DNA of 46,344 nt from Caulobacteraceae bacterium. Its GTDB lineage: Bacteria; Pseudomonadota; Alphaproteobacteria; Caulobacterales; Caulobacteraceae. Both the position numbers and the translations under genes were made by a program. Where the stretch lies: positions 1-46,344 of the forward strand of contig DATBOH010000136.1 of NCBI GenBank assembly GCA_036553915.1, given 5' to 3'. Positions 9,567 through 20,098 of the stretch are shown in pieces. Positions within the stretch are counted from its first letter, which is position 1, and the number at the start of each line of letters is the position of its first letter. The notes under the pieces are model-generated. The model was given only the letters and a program-made list of their open reading frames with translations. It made no database searches and was not told the origin of the DNA.

Positions 9567-10322
9567 ATGCCGACGGTTCTCATCGTTTCCAGCCTGGTGG
9601 CCGCCAGCCCGGTCGGCGGGGCGGCGCAGGCGGCCCTGCTGGGTCGGATGGGGCTGGAGACCATGCTGGTCCCGACGGTATTGTTCGGTCGTCATCCAGG
9701 CTTGGGCGCGCCGGGCGGCGGACCGGTTGCGGCGAGCGTGCTTGCCGACATGCTGGAGGCGATCGCGGCCACCGACTCGCGGCCGGAGGCGGTGTTGGCC
9801 GGCTATTTCGCGGGCCCGGACCAGGTGGGCGCGGCGGCCTTCGCCATTGACCTCGCCAAACGATCAGCGGCGCTCGCCATCGTCGATCCGATCATGGGCG
9901 ACCTCGAGCACGGCCTCTACGTCGCTGAAGCCACGGCCGCGGCGGTCATCGACGTTCTGGCGCCGCGCGCCGATCTGCTTTGTCCCAACGCCTGGGAACT
10001 GGGCCGAATGGTTGGCGCGGCGGTCACGGACTTGAGTTCGGCGCGGCGGGCGACCGACCGCTTGGCCAGCGCGGCCCTGGTCTCCTCAATCCCGCTCGGC
10101 GACGACATCGGCGTGTTGCTGACCGATGGGGGCGGGTCTTGGCTGGCTCGCCACCGGCGGGTCGCGACTCTAGCGCGCGGGGCCGGCGATCGCCTGACCG
10201 CGGGCTTTCTCGGCCATCGGCTGTTGGGGGCCAGCGCGCCGGAAGCGCTGACCGCCGCGGTCGAGGACGTCGCGGCGTGGGTCGCCGGCCGTCCGCTGCC
10301 GGTCGTGGTGGACAGCCTGTGA
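9567..10322 (+). CDS. Pyridoxal kinase-like (PdxK/PdxY) ribokinase-fold protein
   Basis: VDPIMGD...GLYV, PNAWEL, GAGD anion hole. Confidence 0.75.
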   Translation: MPTVLIVSSLVAASPVGGAAQAALLGRMGLETMLVPTVLFGRHPGLGAPGGGPVAASVLADMLEAIAATDSRPEAVLAGYFAGPDQVGAAAFAIDLAKRSAALAIVDPIMGDLEHGLYVAEATAAAVIDVLAPRADLLCPNAWELGRMVGAAVTDLSSARRATDRLASAALVSSIPLGDDIGVLLTDGGGSWLARHRRVATLARGAGDRLTAGFLGHRLLGASAPEALTAAVEDVAAWVAGRPLPVVVDSL

Positions 10323-11446
10323 GCCTCGAGGTCCAGGGGCGCTGGCCGGCGCGGTTCGAGCCCTTGCGGGCGGCGTTCGCCGCCAGCTTCGAGCGCGGCG
10401 AGGAGTTGGGAGCCCGCTTCGCCGTGGCCATCGACGGCGAGGTGGTGGTCGACATGATGGCCGGCTTCGCCGACCGCGACCGCACGCAGCCGTTCGGCCC
10501 GGACACCCTGACGCCGGTGTTCTCGACCACCAAGGCGATGGCGGCGTTGATGGTCGCGCGGCTGATCGACAGCCACGATCTCGACTACGACCAGCCGCTG
10601 GCCGAGCTGTGGCCGGAGTTCGCCGCCGCCGGCAAGGCGGCGATCAGCATCGGCGGCGCGCTCTCGCACCAGGGGGGCCTGTGCGGCCTGCCGGAGCCGA
10701 TGCCGGCCAGCGCCTGGTTCGATAAGCCCCTGATCGCCGCCCGCTTGGCCGCCATGGCCCCGCTGTGGCCGCCGGGTTCGGCCAGCGGCTATCACCCGGT
10801 CACCTTCGGCTATCTGGCCGAGGAAGTCTTTCGGCGGCTGGATGGCCGCACCATCGGCGCCGCCCTGGCTGAGGATCTGGCCGGGCCGTTCGGCCTCGAT
10901 CTGTGGATCGGCCTGCCGGATTCCGAGCACGGGCGCTGCGCCCAGATGCGCAAGCCGCCAGCCATGCCAGACCTTGGACCGGCCAGCGAGCCCCGGCGTC
11001 TGGCCTTCCGCACCCCCTGGGCCTCGCCCGGCGGCGTCAGCCAAGCGGAATGGCGGCGCGCCGCCATCGCTTCGGTGACCGGCCACGCCACCGCCCCGGC
11101 CCTGGCGCGGATGATGGCCGTCCTGGCCTGCGACGGAACTCTGGATGGCCGCCGGTTTCTGTCCTCGCGGGCTGTGGCGGCGGTCAGCGCCGAGCGGGTG
11201 CGCGGACCGGATCTGGTGCTCCCCTTTACCCTGTCGTGGGCGGCCGGGCTGCTGCGCAATACCGACGCCGGCATCTATGGGCCCTCGCCGCGGGCCCTTG
11301 GCCATTCCGGCTGGGGCGGAAGCTGCGCCTTCGCCGATCCCGGCCGCCGACTATCGGGCGCCTATGTCATGAACCGCCAGTCGAGCGCCTTGATCGGCGA
11401 TCCGCGCGCCGTGCGTCTGATCAGGGCCGCCTACGCCTGTCTGTGA
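10319..11446 (+). CDS. Serine hydrolase, beta-lactamase fold (family VIII esterase)
   Basis: FSTTK (SxxK), LSHQGGL, GYHP, GHSGWGGS; GTG start overlaps the upstream stop. Confidence 0.88.
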   Translation: MSLEVQGRWPARFEPLRAAFAASFERGEELGARFAVAIDGEVVVDMMAGFADRDRTQPFGPDTLTPVFSTTKAMAALMVARLIDSHDLDYDQPLAELWPEFAAAGKAAISIGGALSHQGGLCGLPEPMPASAWFDKPLIAARLAAMAPLWPPGSASGYHPVTFGYLAEEVFRRLDGRTIGAALAEDLAGPFGLDLWIGLPDSEHGRCAQMRKPPAMPDLGPASEPRRLAFRTPWASPGGVSQAEWRRAAIASVTGHATAPALARMMAVLACDGTLDGRRFLSSRAVAAVSAERVRGPDLVLPFTLSWAAGLLRNTDAGIYGPSPRALGHSGWGGSCAFADPGRRLSGAYVMNRQSSALIGDPRAVRLIRAAYACL

Positions 11447-12336
11447 AGCCGCCGGGCGGCGCGCAGGGCTCCGACCATGAACACCGCCGAGCCGCACCAG
11501 ATGAAGGCGAAGGAGACGACGCCCAAGGTGCTGAGCCGCTCGCCCATGGCCAGCCCGATGAAGAAGCCGATGGTCGGCGAAATGAACTGCAGGAAGCCGA
11601 AGACCGACAGCGGCATGCGCCGCGCCGTCCAGGCGAACAAGGCCAGGGGGGCGACCGTGACCGGGCCGGCCGACATCAACAGCAGGCTGTCGCCGAGGTT
11701 ATGGCCGAAGATCGCCCCATGGCCGTGGCCGAGCCAAAGCACAAAGGCGAGGCCCGGCAGGATCATGAACAGGGTCTCGATCAACAGCCCGGTCTGGGCC
11801 TCAACGGCGATCTGCCGGCGGATGAGGCCGTAGATCCAGAAGCTCAGGGCGAGCCACAGGGCAATCAGCGGCGGGTGGCCGATGGCGATGCCCTGCAGCA
11901 GCACGCCGGTGGCGGCCAGGGCGATCGCCGCCAGCCCCAACCGATCGATCCGTTCGCGGAAGAAGACCGCCCCGGCCGCCATGTTGAGCAGCGGGGTGAT
12001 GAAATATCCGAGGCTGGCTTCGATATTGCGGCCGTTGTTGACGCTCCACACGAAGAGCCCCCAGCCGGAGAAGATGAATGCCGCCGAGACCAGCAGGAGG
12101 CCGAGCCGGCGCGGCTCCGCCAACACCGCCCGCACCTCGCCCTGGCGGCCGGCGGCGAAAACCAGCAGCGCCGCCCAGGGCGCCGACCACAGGGCGCGAT
12201 GGGCGAGGATCTCCCAGGGACTTGCCCCGGCCGCGCCCATGGCGATGAAGGCCAAGGGAGTCAGGCCCCAAAAGACGTAGCAGAACAGGCCGACGAAGAT
12301 CGCCTGGCGGCTATAGGCCGCCGGCGCCTCGGTCAC
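11431..12336 (-). CDS. rarD: EamA family transporter RarD
   Basis: EILAHR, EASLGYFITPL, YGLIRR, LQFISPT. Confidence 0.9.
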   Translation of the reverse strand: MTEAPAAYSRQAIFVGLFCYVFWGLTPLAFIAMGAAGASPWEILAHRALWSAPWAALLVFAAGRQGEVRAVLAEPRRLGLLLVSAAFIFSGWGLFVWSVNNGRNIEASLGYFITPLLNMAAGAVFFRERIDRLGLAAIALAATGVLLQGIAIGHPPLIALWLALSFWIYGLIRRQIAVEAQTGLLIETLFMILPGLAFVLWLGHGHGAIFGHNLGDSLLLMSAGPVTVAPLALFAWTARRMPLSVFGFLQFISPTIGFFIGLAMGERLSTLGVVSFAFIWCGSAVFMVGALRAARRLHRQA

Positions 12337-13364
12337 GCCAGGGCTTTCTGTCCCAGCAGGCCGCGCTCATGCAGCAGTTCGGCGATCTGCACCGCGTTCA
12401 GCGCCGCCCCCTTGCGCAGATTGTCGGCGACCACCCAGAGCATCAGGCCATGTTCGACGGTCGGGTCGCGGCGGATGCGCGAGACGAACACGGGGAATTC
12501 GCCCTGGGCTTCCTTGGGGGTCATGAAGCCTTCGCCATCGCGCTTGTCGATCACCATCACACCGGGGGCCTCGCGGAGGATATCGCGCGCCTCGTCCTCG
12601 TCGAGCGGTTCATGGAACTCCAGGGCGACCGCCTCGGAATGCCCGACCATCACCGGCACGCGTACGCACGTCACCGTGAGGGCGATGTCGGGATCGAGGA
12701 TCTTGTGGGTCTCGTTCCACATCTTGGCTTCTTCGGCGGTATAGCCGTCTTCGCCGACCTCGCCGATCACTGGAATGACGTTGAAGGCGATCTGTTTGGA
12801 AAACACGTGTGGCTCCGAGGGGCCGAGCACGAAAATCCCCTTGGTCTGGTCCCAGAGTTCATCCATGCCCTGTTTTCCGGCCCCCGAAACCGACTGGTAG
12901 GTGGCGACCACCGCCCGCTTGATGCGGGCCCGATCGTGCAGGGGTTTCAGGGCCACCACGAGCTGGGCGGTCGAGCAGTTGGGATTGGCGATGATGTTTT
13001 TGCGGCGGGCCAGCGCCACAGCGTCGGGATTCACTTCCGGCACGATCAGCGGCACGTCCGGGTCCATGCGCCAGGCCGAGGAATTGTCGATGACCAAAGG
13101 TCCGGCAGCCCCGATCTTTGGCGACCATTCGCGCGAGAAGTCGCCGCTGACGCTCATCAGCACCAGGTCGACGGTCGAGAAATCGAACCGTTCGATGTCC
13201 TCGCAGCGCACCACTCCGGCCTTCCAGCCGATCTCGATCCCGAGGGAACTGCGCGAGGCGAGGGCGTGCAGCCGATCGACCGGGAAATCGACCTCCTCGA
13301 GAATGTTGAGCATCTCGCGGCCAACCGCCCCCGTGGCGCCGACGACGGCCACCCGGTACCCCAT
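12333..13364 (-). CDS. asd: Aspartate-semialdehyde dehydrogenase
   Basis: GATGAVG, ANPNCST, YQSVSGAG, DNLRKGAALN. Confidence 0.97.
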   Translation of the reverse strand: MGYRVAVVGATGAVGREMLNILEEVDFPVDRLHALASRSSLGIEIGWKAGVVRCEDIERFDFSTVDLVLMSVSGDFSREWSPKIGAAGPLVIDNSSAWRMDPDVPLIVPEVNPDAVALARRKNIIANPNCSTAQLVVALKPLHDRARIKRAVVATYQSVSGAGKQGMDELWDQTKGIFVLGPSEPHVFSKQIAFNVIPVIGEVGEDGYTAEEAKMWNETHKILDPDIALTVTCVRVPVMVGHSEAVALEFHEPLDEDEARDILREAPGVMVIDKRDGEGFMTPKEAQGEFPVFVSRIRRDPTVEHGLMLWVVADNLRKGAALNAVQIAELLHERGLLGQKALA

Positions 13365-13462
13365 GCTTCACTCTCCAGTTTTCCGTGCGGGCCGCCCGAT
13401 TACGCTTCAGCCAGGGCGCGTGCAAGGTGACGCAATTTGGGATTGCGTTGTATCCTTCACCG

Positions 13463-14281
13463 ATGACTGACGCCTTCGCCGAACGGCTCGAGCGGGAGGG
13501 GCTGATCCTCCTGGAGGACGAGCGCTTCGAGCTGACCACCGAGGAAATCGAGCTGACGCGGGCGAATCTCGGCGATGGCAAGGCCAAGAACATCAGCCTC
13601 GCGCCCGGACAGCTGTTGCGCGGAACCTCGGCCGGGGAGCGGCAGGCGGTTCGCCTCACGGCTTTGATGGAGCGCTTCTCCACCTGGGCGCGCGATCTGA
13701 TCATTGCCCATGCCCCGTCCTACGCCGCGGCCCTCGAAATGGGTCGCACCAGCTTTCGCCCGCGCGCCGTGGACGATGCGCCGGTCAGCCCGCGCAAGGA
13801 CGACCGGCGGTTGCATGTTGACGCCTTCGCCTCCCAGCCGACCGGCGGCAAGCGCATTCTGCGTGTCTTTTCCAACATCGATCCGGACGGCGAAGCCCGG
13901 GTGTGGCGCGTCGGCGAACCGTTCGAGGCCTACGCCGCGCGCTGGGCGGAGAAGGCGCGCGCGCCGCTGCCGGGCGAGGCGTGGTTATTGGAAGCCCTGG
14001 GAATCACCCGCGGGCGTCGCACGCCCTACGACGCCATGATCCTGACCCTGCACGATCGAGCCAAGCTCGATCCTGCCTATCAGCGCGACGCGCCGCGTCG
14101 GGAAGTGGCCTTCGCGCCGGGGGCCACGTGGATCGTCTATACCGACAGCACGGTCCACGCGGCGATCGCCGGCCGCTACGCCCTGGAGCAGACCTTCTAT
14201 CTGCCGCTCGCCGCCATGGTCGCGCCCGAGGCGTCCCCGGCCCGCATCCTTGAGCGCCTGACAGGGCGGGCGCTGGTGTAG
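13463..14281 (+). CDS. Kdo hydroxylase family (KdoO-like) Fe(II)/2-oxoglutarate dioxygenase
   Basis: KAKNIS, RTSFRP, RKDDRRLHVDAF, RILRVFSNI, HAAIAGRYALEQTF motifs. Confidence 0.82.
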   Translation: MTDAFAERLEREGLILLEDERFELTTEEIELTRANLGDGKAKNISLAPGQLLRGTSAGERQAVRLTALMERFSTWARDLIIAHAPSYAAALEMGRTSFRPRAVDDAPVSPRKDDRRLHVDAFASQPTGGKRILRVFSNIDPDGEARVWRVGEPFEAYAARWAEKARAPLPGEAWLLEALGITRGRRTPYDAMILTLHDRAKLDPAYQRDAPRREVAFAPGATWIVYTDSTVHAAIAGRYALEQTFYLPLAAMVAPEASPARILERLTGRALV

Positions 14282-14321
14282 TCCGCCAGATCGGGATTGC
14301 GCAATCAGCCCGGCCGAGGCG

Positions 14322-15377
14322 CTACAGCCCGGCGATCACCGCGTCGGCCATCGCCACCGTCGAGAGGGTCCCGCCCAGATCGGCCGTCCGCGCCCCGCCG
14401 TCCAGCGCCCGCTCCACGGCCGCCTCGATGCGCCCGGCCAGCGCCACCTCGCCCAGGGACCAGCGAAACGCCATGGCCAGCGACAGGATCGCCGCCAGCG
14501 GGTTGGCGACGCCCGCGCCAGCGATATCGGGGGCCGAACCATGGATCGGCTCATAGAGGCCGGGTCGGCCGGCGTCGCCGATCGCCGCCGACGGCAGCAT
14601 GCCCATCGATCCGGTGAGCTGCGCAGCCTCGTCAGAGAGAATGTCGCCAAACAGATTGTCGGTGAGGATCACATCGAAGCCGCGCGGCTCGCGCACCAGC
14701 TTCATGGCCGCGGTGTCGGCGAGCATGTGCTCAAGCACCACGTCGGCGAATTCGCGCGCCTGCAGGGCGGTGACCACCTCGCGCCACAGCCAGCCGGTCT
14801 CCATGACGTTGGATTTCTCGCACGAGGTCACCTTGCCACCTCGGCCGCGCGCCAGGCCGAAGGCGACGCGCGCCACCCGCTCGATCTCAGCGGTGGTGTA
14901 GACCTGGGTATCGATGCCGCGCTGCTGACCGTCGGCCAGGGTCTCAATGCCGCGCGGCTGGCCGAAATAGACCCCGCCGGTGAGCTCACGGACAATGACG
15001 ATGTCCAGTCCGGCGATCACCTCGCGCTTGAGCGTCGAGGCGTCGGCCAGGGCGGCGAAGCAGCGGGCCGGGCGCAGATTGGCGTAGACGCCCATGCCGG
15101 CGCGCAGGGCCAGCAGGCCGGCTTCGGGGCGCAGCGGCCTGGGCGCATCGGTCCATTTCGGGCCGCCGACCGCGCCCATCAACACCGCCTCGCTGGTTTT
15201 GGCCCGCTCAAGGGTCTCAGCGCTCAGCGGCGCGCCTTCGATATCATAGGCGGCCCCACCGAACAGCCGCTCCTCGATCTTGAGGTGCGGGTCGAGCCGC
15301 TCGGCGACGCGCCGGGCCTCGGCCGTGACCTCCGGCCCAATGCCATCGCCTGGCAGCAGCAGCAGGGTGCGCGGCAT
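14322..15377 (-). CDS. leuB: 3-isopropylmalate dehydrogenase
   Basis: [34 protein letters not shown]. Confidence 0.96.
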   Translation of the reverse strand: MPRTLLLLPGDGIGPEVTAEARRVAERLDPHLKIEERLFGGAAYDIEGAPLSAETLERAKTSEAVLMGAVGGPKWTDAPRPLRPEAGLLALRAGMGVYANLRPARCFAALADASTLKREVIAGLDIVIVRELTGGVYFGQPRGIETLADGQQRGIDTQVYTTAEIERVARVAFGLARGRGGKVTSCEKSNVMETGWLWREVVTALQAREFADVVLEHMLADTAAMKLVREPRGFDVILTDNLFGDILSDEAAQLTGSMGMLPSAAIGDAGRPGLYEPIHGSAPDIAGAGVANPLAAILSLAMAFRWSLGEVALAGRIEAAVERALDGGARTADLGGTLSTVAMADAVIAGL

Positions 15378-15988
15378 CAGGCCTGCTCGGCCCAAGGCTG
15401 GGCAAGCGCCGACCGGCGCTCGAAGGCGTCGATGGCGGGGGCCTGCGCCAGGGTTTCGCCAACGGCGTCCAAGCCTTTCAGGAGCTTTTCCTTGCGCCCC
15501 GGATCGATGGCAAAGGCGTGGCGCTCGCCCGAAGGCGCGGTCACCGTCTGGGCCTCCGGATCGACGTCGAAGACGTGATTGCCGCCGCGCGCCTCATCCA
15601 TGAGCGCCTTTACCGCCCGGCCCGGCAGGACGATCGGCAGGATGCCGTTCTGATAGCAATTGCCGAGAAAGATGTCGGCGAAGCTGGGGGCGATGACGCA
15701 GCGAATGCCATAGTCGAGCAGCGCCCAGGCGGCGTGCTCGCGGCTGGAGCCGCAGCCGAGATTGTCGCCGGCGATCAGGATGCCGGCCTTGGCGAACCGC
15801 GGATCGTTGAGCACGAACTCTTCGCGCGGTCGCCCCTCACCATCGAAGCGCAGGTCGTAGAGCAGGCCCTTTCCGAGGCCCTCGCGGCCGATCGTCTTCA
15901 GGAACTGCTTGGGGATGATCTGGTCGGTGTCGAGGTTGGTGATGTCGAGCGGCGCCGCGGTGGCGGTTAGGCGCGTGAACGGCTGCAT
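15377..15988 (-). CDS. leuD: 3-isopropylmalate dehydratase small subunit
   Basis: [28 protein letters not shown]; true start MQPFTRL. Confidence 0.95.
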   Translation of the reverse strand: MQPFTRLTATAAPLDITNLDTDQIIPKQFLKTIGREGLGKGLLYDLRFDGEGRPREEFVLNDPRFAKAGILIAGDNLGCGSSREHAAWALLDYGIRCVIAPSFADIFLGNCYQNGILPIVLPGRAVKALMDEARGGNHVFDVDPEAQTVTAPSGERHAFAIDPGRKEKLLKGLDAVGETLAQAPAIDAFERRSALAQPWAEQA

Positions 15989-16120
15989 GGGCGGCTCCTT
16001 GGCGTCGCTGCGATGACCCGCCCCGGCGGTCCGGTCAAGCGGCTGCGCCACCGGTGGCGCGACAGTGGCGCGGCGAGGCCGGAATGGGCTAGGTTTGGGG
16101 GAACACCGGAGGGGCGATAG

Positions 16121-17107
16121 ATGGGCCTTGGAATTTTCGCGATCGCCATTCTGATCCTGGCGATCTTTTTGGCCTTGTCGACGATCAAGATCGTACCGCA
16201 GGGCTATGAGTACACAGCCGAGCGCTTCGGCCGCTACACCCGCACCCTGAAGCCCGGGATAACCATTCTGACGCCGTTCGTGGAAACGATCGGGCGCAAG
16301 GTCTCGCTCATGGAGCAGGTGCTTGATGTGCCGAGCCAGGAGGTGATCACTCGCGACAATGTCATGGTCAAGGTCGACGCCATCGTCTTCATCCAGGTAA
16401 TGGACGCCTCGGCGGCCGCCTATCGGGTCGCCAACCTCAACTTCGCCATCGGCCAGCTGACCATGACCAATCTGCGCACCGTGGTCGGGTCGATGGAGCT
16501 CGACGAGGTGCTGTCCAAGCGCGACATGATCAATACCCGCCTGTTGACGGTGATCGACGAGGCCACTGGCCCGTGGGGCGTCAAGGTGGCCCGCATCGAG
16601 ATCAAGGATCTGCAGCCACCGCCGGACATCACCAACGCCATGACCCGGCAGATGAAGGCCGAGCGTGAGAAGCGGGCCGTGATCACCGAAGCCGAGGGCG
16701 AGAAACAGGCCGCCGTCACCCGGGCCGAAGGCGCCAAGCAGTCTGCCATCCTGCAGGCCGAGGGCCGCAAGGAGGCGGCGTTTCGCGACGCCGAGGCGCG
16801 TGAGCGCTTGGCGGCGGCCGAGGCGGCGGCGACCAAGAGCGTTTCCGACGCCATCGAATCGGGCAGCGTCAATGCGCTCAACTATTTCGTGGCTCAGAAA
16901 TACGTCGAGGCCTTCGCCAAACTGGCCGACTCGCCGCAGCAACGCACCCTGATCGTGCCAGCCGACTTCGGCGGCATCGCCGGCTCAATCTCGGGCATCA
17001 CCGAACTGGTCAACGCCGCGCGCCGCGACGCCGAAACCCATACGCCGCGTCGCCCGGCCCCGCCGCGCGGCGGACCGGCCGTACCGCCGACCGGCGAGCC
17101 GTCGTGA
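16121..17107 (+). CDS. SPFH/band 7 (QmcA-like) membrane protein
   Basis: N-terminal [26 protein letters not shown] coiled coil. Confidence 0.92.
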   Translation: MGLGIFAIAILILAIFLALSTIKIVPQGYEYTAERFGRYTRTLKPGITILTPFVETIGRKVSLMEQVLDVPSQEVITRDNVMVKVDAIVFIQVMDASAAAYRVANLNFAIGQLTMTNLRTVVGSMELDEVLSKRDMINTRLLTVIDEATGPWGVKVARIEIKDLQPPPDITNAMTRQMKAEREKRAVITEAEGEKQAAVTRAEGAKQSAILQAEGRKEAAFRDAEARERLAAAEAAATKSVSDAIESGSVNALNYFVAQKYVEAFAKLADSPQQRTLIVPADFGGIAGSISGITELVNAARRDAETHTPRRPAPPRGGPAVPPTGEPS

Positions 17108-17580
17108 ACGGCCTTCCGGAACTGGCGATAGCCCATCCGCTTTGGACCTGGCTGGCGGTCGCGGCCGCCTTCGGGGCGGTCGAAGTGGTCACCGGTTCGG
17201 GCTGGCTGTTGTGGCCGGCCGCCGCCGGCCTGATCACCGCCGGCGTCACTCTTGTCGCGCCGCTTGCCTGGCCCGAGGCGATCGTGCTGTTTGGCGTGCT
17301 GACCATCATCGCCACCTACCTCGGCCGCCGCTATCTGCGTCCGGCCGCCAAGGGCGCCGGCGCCGATGTCAATGATCCCAACCTGCGCCTGGTCGGCCAC
17401 ACCGGCACCGCCGTGTCGGCGTTCGAAAATGGCCAGGGCCGGGTGTTCGTCGATGGCAAGGAGTGGTCGGCGATTATCGATGACGGGGCCGGCGCCCTGA
17501 CGCCCGGCTCGCGGGTCAAGGTGGCGGCGGTGCTTACCGGCGCGCGGCTGAGAGTAACGGCGATCAGTACCGAAGCGTAA
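17104..17580 (+). CDS. NfeD family (YbbJ-like) protein
   Basis: TM helices plus OB-like C-terminus [12 protein letters not shown]; usual partner of SPFH genes. Confidence 0.88.
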   Translation: MNGLPELAIAHPLWTWLAVAAAFGAVEVVTGSGWLLWPAAAGLITAGVTLVAPLAWPEAIVLFGVLTIIATYLGRRYLRPAAKGAGADVNDPNLRLVGHTGTAVSAFENGQGRVFVDGKEWSAIIDDGAGALTPGSRVKVAAVLTGARLRVTAISTEA

Positions 17581-17631
17581 ACGGTCGATAGGTCAGGGCT
17601 GAAGACGGCACTCACGGGAGAGACCAAAACC

Positions 17632-18075
17632 ATGACGCATGTCCCGCATCCGCAGATCGAGGAACGCAAGAAGCACGGCGTTCACACGACGAAGCGCGAA
17701 CGGAGCGGCTTCAACGGCTGGCTGGCGCTCACCATCACCAATGGGGTGGGCACCATGTGGTGCGCCTATGCCTTCGCGGTGCTGGCGCTGATCAGCCTGC
17801 CCGACGCCATCAAGGCCGGGACGGCGTCGCTGATCGCCTGGATCGCCCAGACCTTCCTGCAACTGGTCCTGCTGTCGATCATCATGGTCGGGCAAAAGGT
17901 GGCCGCCGCCGCCTCGGACAAGCAGGCTCTGCAGACCTACAAGGACGCCGAGGCTCTGCTGGAGATCAGCAACGACATCCACAAGCTGTTGACCTCGAAC
18001 ACCGAACTGACGCGGGAGATTCACACCTCGCTGGCCAGGGATGCCAGCGGCGCCGCGCCCGCTCAGCCTTCCTAG
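17632..18075 (+). CDS. Small membrane protein, DUF1003-like
   Basis: GGGAGA RBS; VGTMWCAYAF and QLVLLSIIMVGQ TM segments, then a helical tail. Confidence 0.65.
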   Translation: MTHVPHPQIEERKKHGVHTTKRERSGFNGWLALTITNGVGTMWCAYAFAVLALISLPDAIKAGTASLIAWIAQTFLQLVLLSIIMVGQKVAAAASDKQALQTYKDAEALLEISNDIHKLLTSNTELTREIHTSLARDASGAAPAQPS

Positions 18076-18114
18076 GACTGCCGGGGCGGGCCGTCAGCCT
18101 GAGCAGTCGTCGCC

Positions 18115-18720
18115 TCAGGCCTTTTTCTTGCCGGTCAGAGCCAGAAGCTGGGCCTGCATGGCCTCCATCTGCGCCCTGAGGGCCGCCAGGGATTCGTCGG
18201 GGGGCGGGCCAGGCGGCGGCGCCGCCGGCTGGGCTACTTCGTCGGGGCGGAAGGCGAAGGGGGTGAACATCTTCATGGCCCGATCGAACAGGGCCATGTT
18301 CTGGCGGATCTGCTCGTCGAATACGCCCATCGACGGCGCGCCCATGGCTTGCCACTGGCTGTGCATCCGCTCCTGCTGGCCGATGAAGCTGTCCAGCGAA
18401 AGCTCCAGATAGCTTGGCAGGAAGGCCTGCATCCGGTCCCCATAAAAGCCGATGAGCTGGCGCAGGAACTGGATCGGCAGCAGGTTCTGGCCGCGACTCT
18501 CCTCCTCGAAGATGATCTGGGTGAGGACCTTGCGGGTGATGTCCTCGCCGCTCTTGGCGTCATGGACGACGAAGTCGACGCCCTCCTTCACCATTTGGGC
18601 CAGATCGTCGAGGGTGATGTAGCTGCTGGTCGCCTTGTTGTAGAGGCGGCGATTGGCGTATTTCTGGATCGTGACACGCTCGCCGCCGCGGCCGGCGCCG
18701 GTATCGTTCGCCTTGGCCAT
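18115..18720 (-). CDS. phaR: Polyhydroxyalkanoate synthesis repressor PhaR
   Basis: KYANRRLYN...SYITL, GEDITR.VLTQII, FLRQLI; divergent from phaAB. Confidence 0.95.
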   Translation of the reverse strand: MAKANDTGAGRGGERVTIQKYANRRLYNKATSSYITLDDLAQMVKEGVDFVVHDAKSGEDITRKVLTQIIFEEESRGQNLLPIQFLRQLIGFYGDRMQAFLPSYLELSLDSFIGQQERMHSQWQAMGAPSMGVFDEQIRQNMALFDRAMKMFTPFAFRPDEVAQPAAPPPGPPPDESLAALRAQMEAMQAQLLALTGKKKA

Positions 18721-18751
18721 GCCTGATCCCGAAGAGCGACCCGCGAGGGCC

Positions 18752-18768
18752 ATGTTGCGGCGCGACAT
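18752..18768. promoter_or_regulatory. Possible PhaR operator
   Basis: Imperfect palindrome ATGTTGCGGCGCGACAT between phaR and phaA; related sequence at 20067-20082. Confidence 0.45.
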
Positions 18769-18885
18769 TAGCCACAAGCCGCCGCCGAGCGCTAGATCAT
18801 CCGCCGCCAGCCCCAAGACGGGTGACGTTGGAGCTGGAAATGGGGCATTAGGGAAGCCGCTCATTCCCTTCCAGGACCCTCCGCC

Positions 18886-20061
18886 ATGGTCGACATTGTC
18901 ATCGTCTCCGCAGTCCGCACGCCGGTCGGATCGTTCAACGGCGCCCTGGCCTCGCTGCCGGCTCATGAGCTGGGCCGCATCGCCATTGTGGCAGCCATTG
19001 AGGCGGCTGGGGTCGCCGCCTCGGATGTCGACGAGGTGATCATGGGCCAGGTGTTGCAGGCGGGGGCAGGGCAAGGACCGGCGCGCCAGGCCAGCGTCAA
19101 CGCCGGCGTCCCGGTGGAAAGCCCGGCCTGGAGCCTCAATCAGCTGTGCGGATCCGGCCTGCGGGCCGTGGCTCTGGCGGCGCAGCAGATCGCGCTCGGG
19201 GACGCCGAGATCGTGGTCGCTGGCGGCCAGGAGAGCATGAGCCAGTCGCCGCATGCCCAGAACCTGCGCGGCGGCCAGAAGATGGGTGACCTCTCGCTGA
19301 TCGACACCATGATCAGGGATGGGCTTTGGGATGCCTTCCATGGCTACCACATGGGCCAGACGGCGGAGAACATCGCCGCCCGCTGGCAGATCACCCGCGA
19401 AGACCAGGACAGGTTCGCCGTCGCCTCGCAGAACAAGGCCGAGGCGGCCCAGAAGGCCGGCCGGTTCAAGGACGAGATCGCCCCGGTGACGATCAAGAGC
19501 CGCAAGGGCGAGACGGTGGTGGCCGACGACGAATACATCCGCCACGGCGTCACCTATGACAGCGTTTCGGGTCTGCGCCCGGCATTTCAGAAGGACGGGT
19601 CTGTGACCGCGGCCAACGCCTCGGGGCTCAATGACGGGGCCGCGGCGCTAGTACTGATGCGCGCCGACGAGGCCGAGAGGCGCGGCCTCAAGCCGCTGGC
19701 CCGCGTCGCCTCCTGGGCCAATGCCGGGGTCGAACCGGAGATCATGGGAACGGGGCCGATCCCGGCCACCCGCAAAGCCCTGGAAAAGGCCGGCTGGACC
19801 ATCGGCGACCTCGACTTGATCGAATCCAACGAGGCCTTCGCGGCTCAGTCGTTATCGGTTGTGCGCGAGCTCGGCCTCGATCCCGACAAGGTCAATGTAA
19901 ACGGCGGCGCGATCGCCATCGGCCACCCCATCGGAGCCTCGGGGGCGCGCATTCTGACCACCCTGGTGCACGAGATGCGGCGACGCGGAGCCCGCAAGGG
20001 CCTGGCGACCCTGTGCGTGGGAGGCGGCATGGGCGTGGCCATGTGCGTCGAAGCGATCTGA
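18886..20061 (+). CDS. phaA: Acetyl-CoA C-acetyltransferase (beta-ketothiolase)
   Basis: [28 protein letters not shown]. Confidence 0.95.
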   Translation: MVDIVIVSAVRTPVGSFNGALASLPAHELGRIAIVAAIEAAGVAASDVDEVIMGQVLQAGAGQGPARQASVNAGVPVESPAWSLNQLCGSGLRAVALAAQQIALGDAEIVVAGGQESMSQSPHAQNLRGGQKMGDLSLIDTMIRDGLWDAFHGYHMGQTAENIAARWQITREDQDRFAVASQNKAEAAQKAGRFKDEIAPVTIKSRKGETVVADDEYIRHGVTYDSVSGLRPAFQKDGSVTAANASGLNDGAAALVLMRADEAERRGLKPLARVASWANAGVEPEIMGTGPIPATRKALEKAGWTIGDLDLIESNEAFAAQSLSVVRELGLDPDKVNVNGGAIAIGHPIGASGARILTTLVHEMRRRGARKGLATLCVGGGMGVAMCVEAI

Positions 20062-20098
20062 CGGCGATGTTGTCGCCGCACCGAAAGGAGAGACGACC

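Noticed and set aside
10903-13430. Long alternative-frame and antisense ORFs (e.g. 613 aa and 353 aa; many similar ones elsewhere)
   Set aside because: Typical stop-poor shadows of real genes in high-GC DNA; low-complexity Arg/Gly/Pro content with no motifs
15377-16942. 521-aa ORF that looks like an N-terminally extended LeuD
   Set aside because: The extension is the antisense shadow of the SPFH gene; LeuD starts at 15988 with its own AGGAG RBS
18115-19545. 476-aa ORF containing PhaR
   Set aside because: The N-terminal part is antisense to phaA; the PhaR domain begins near 18720
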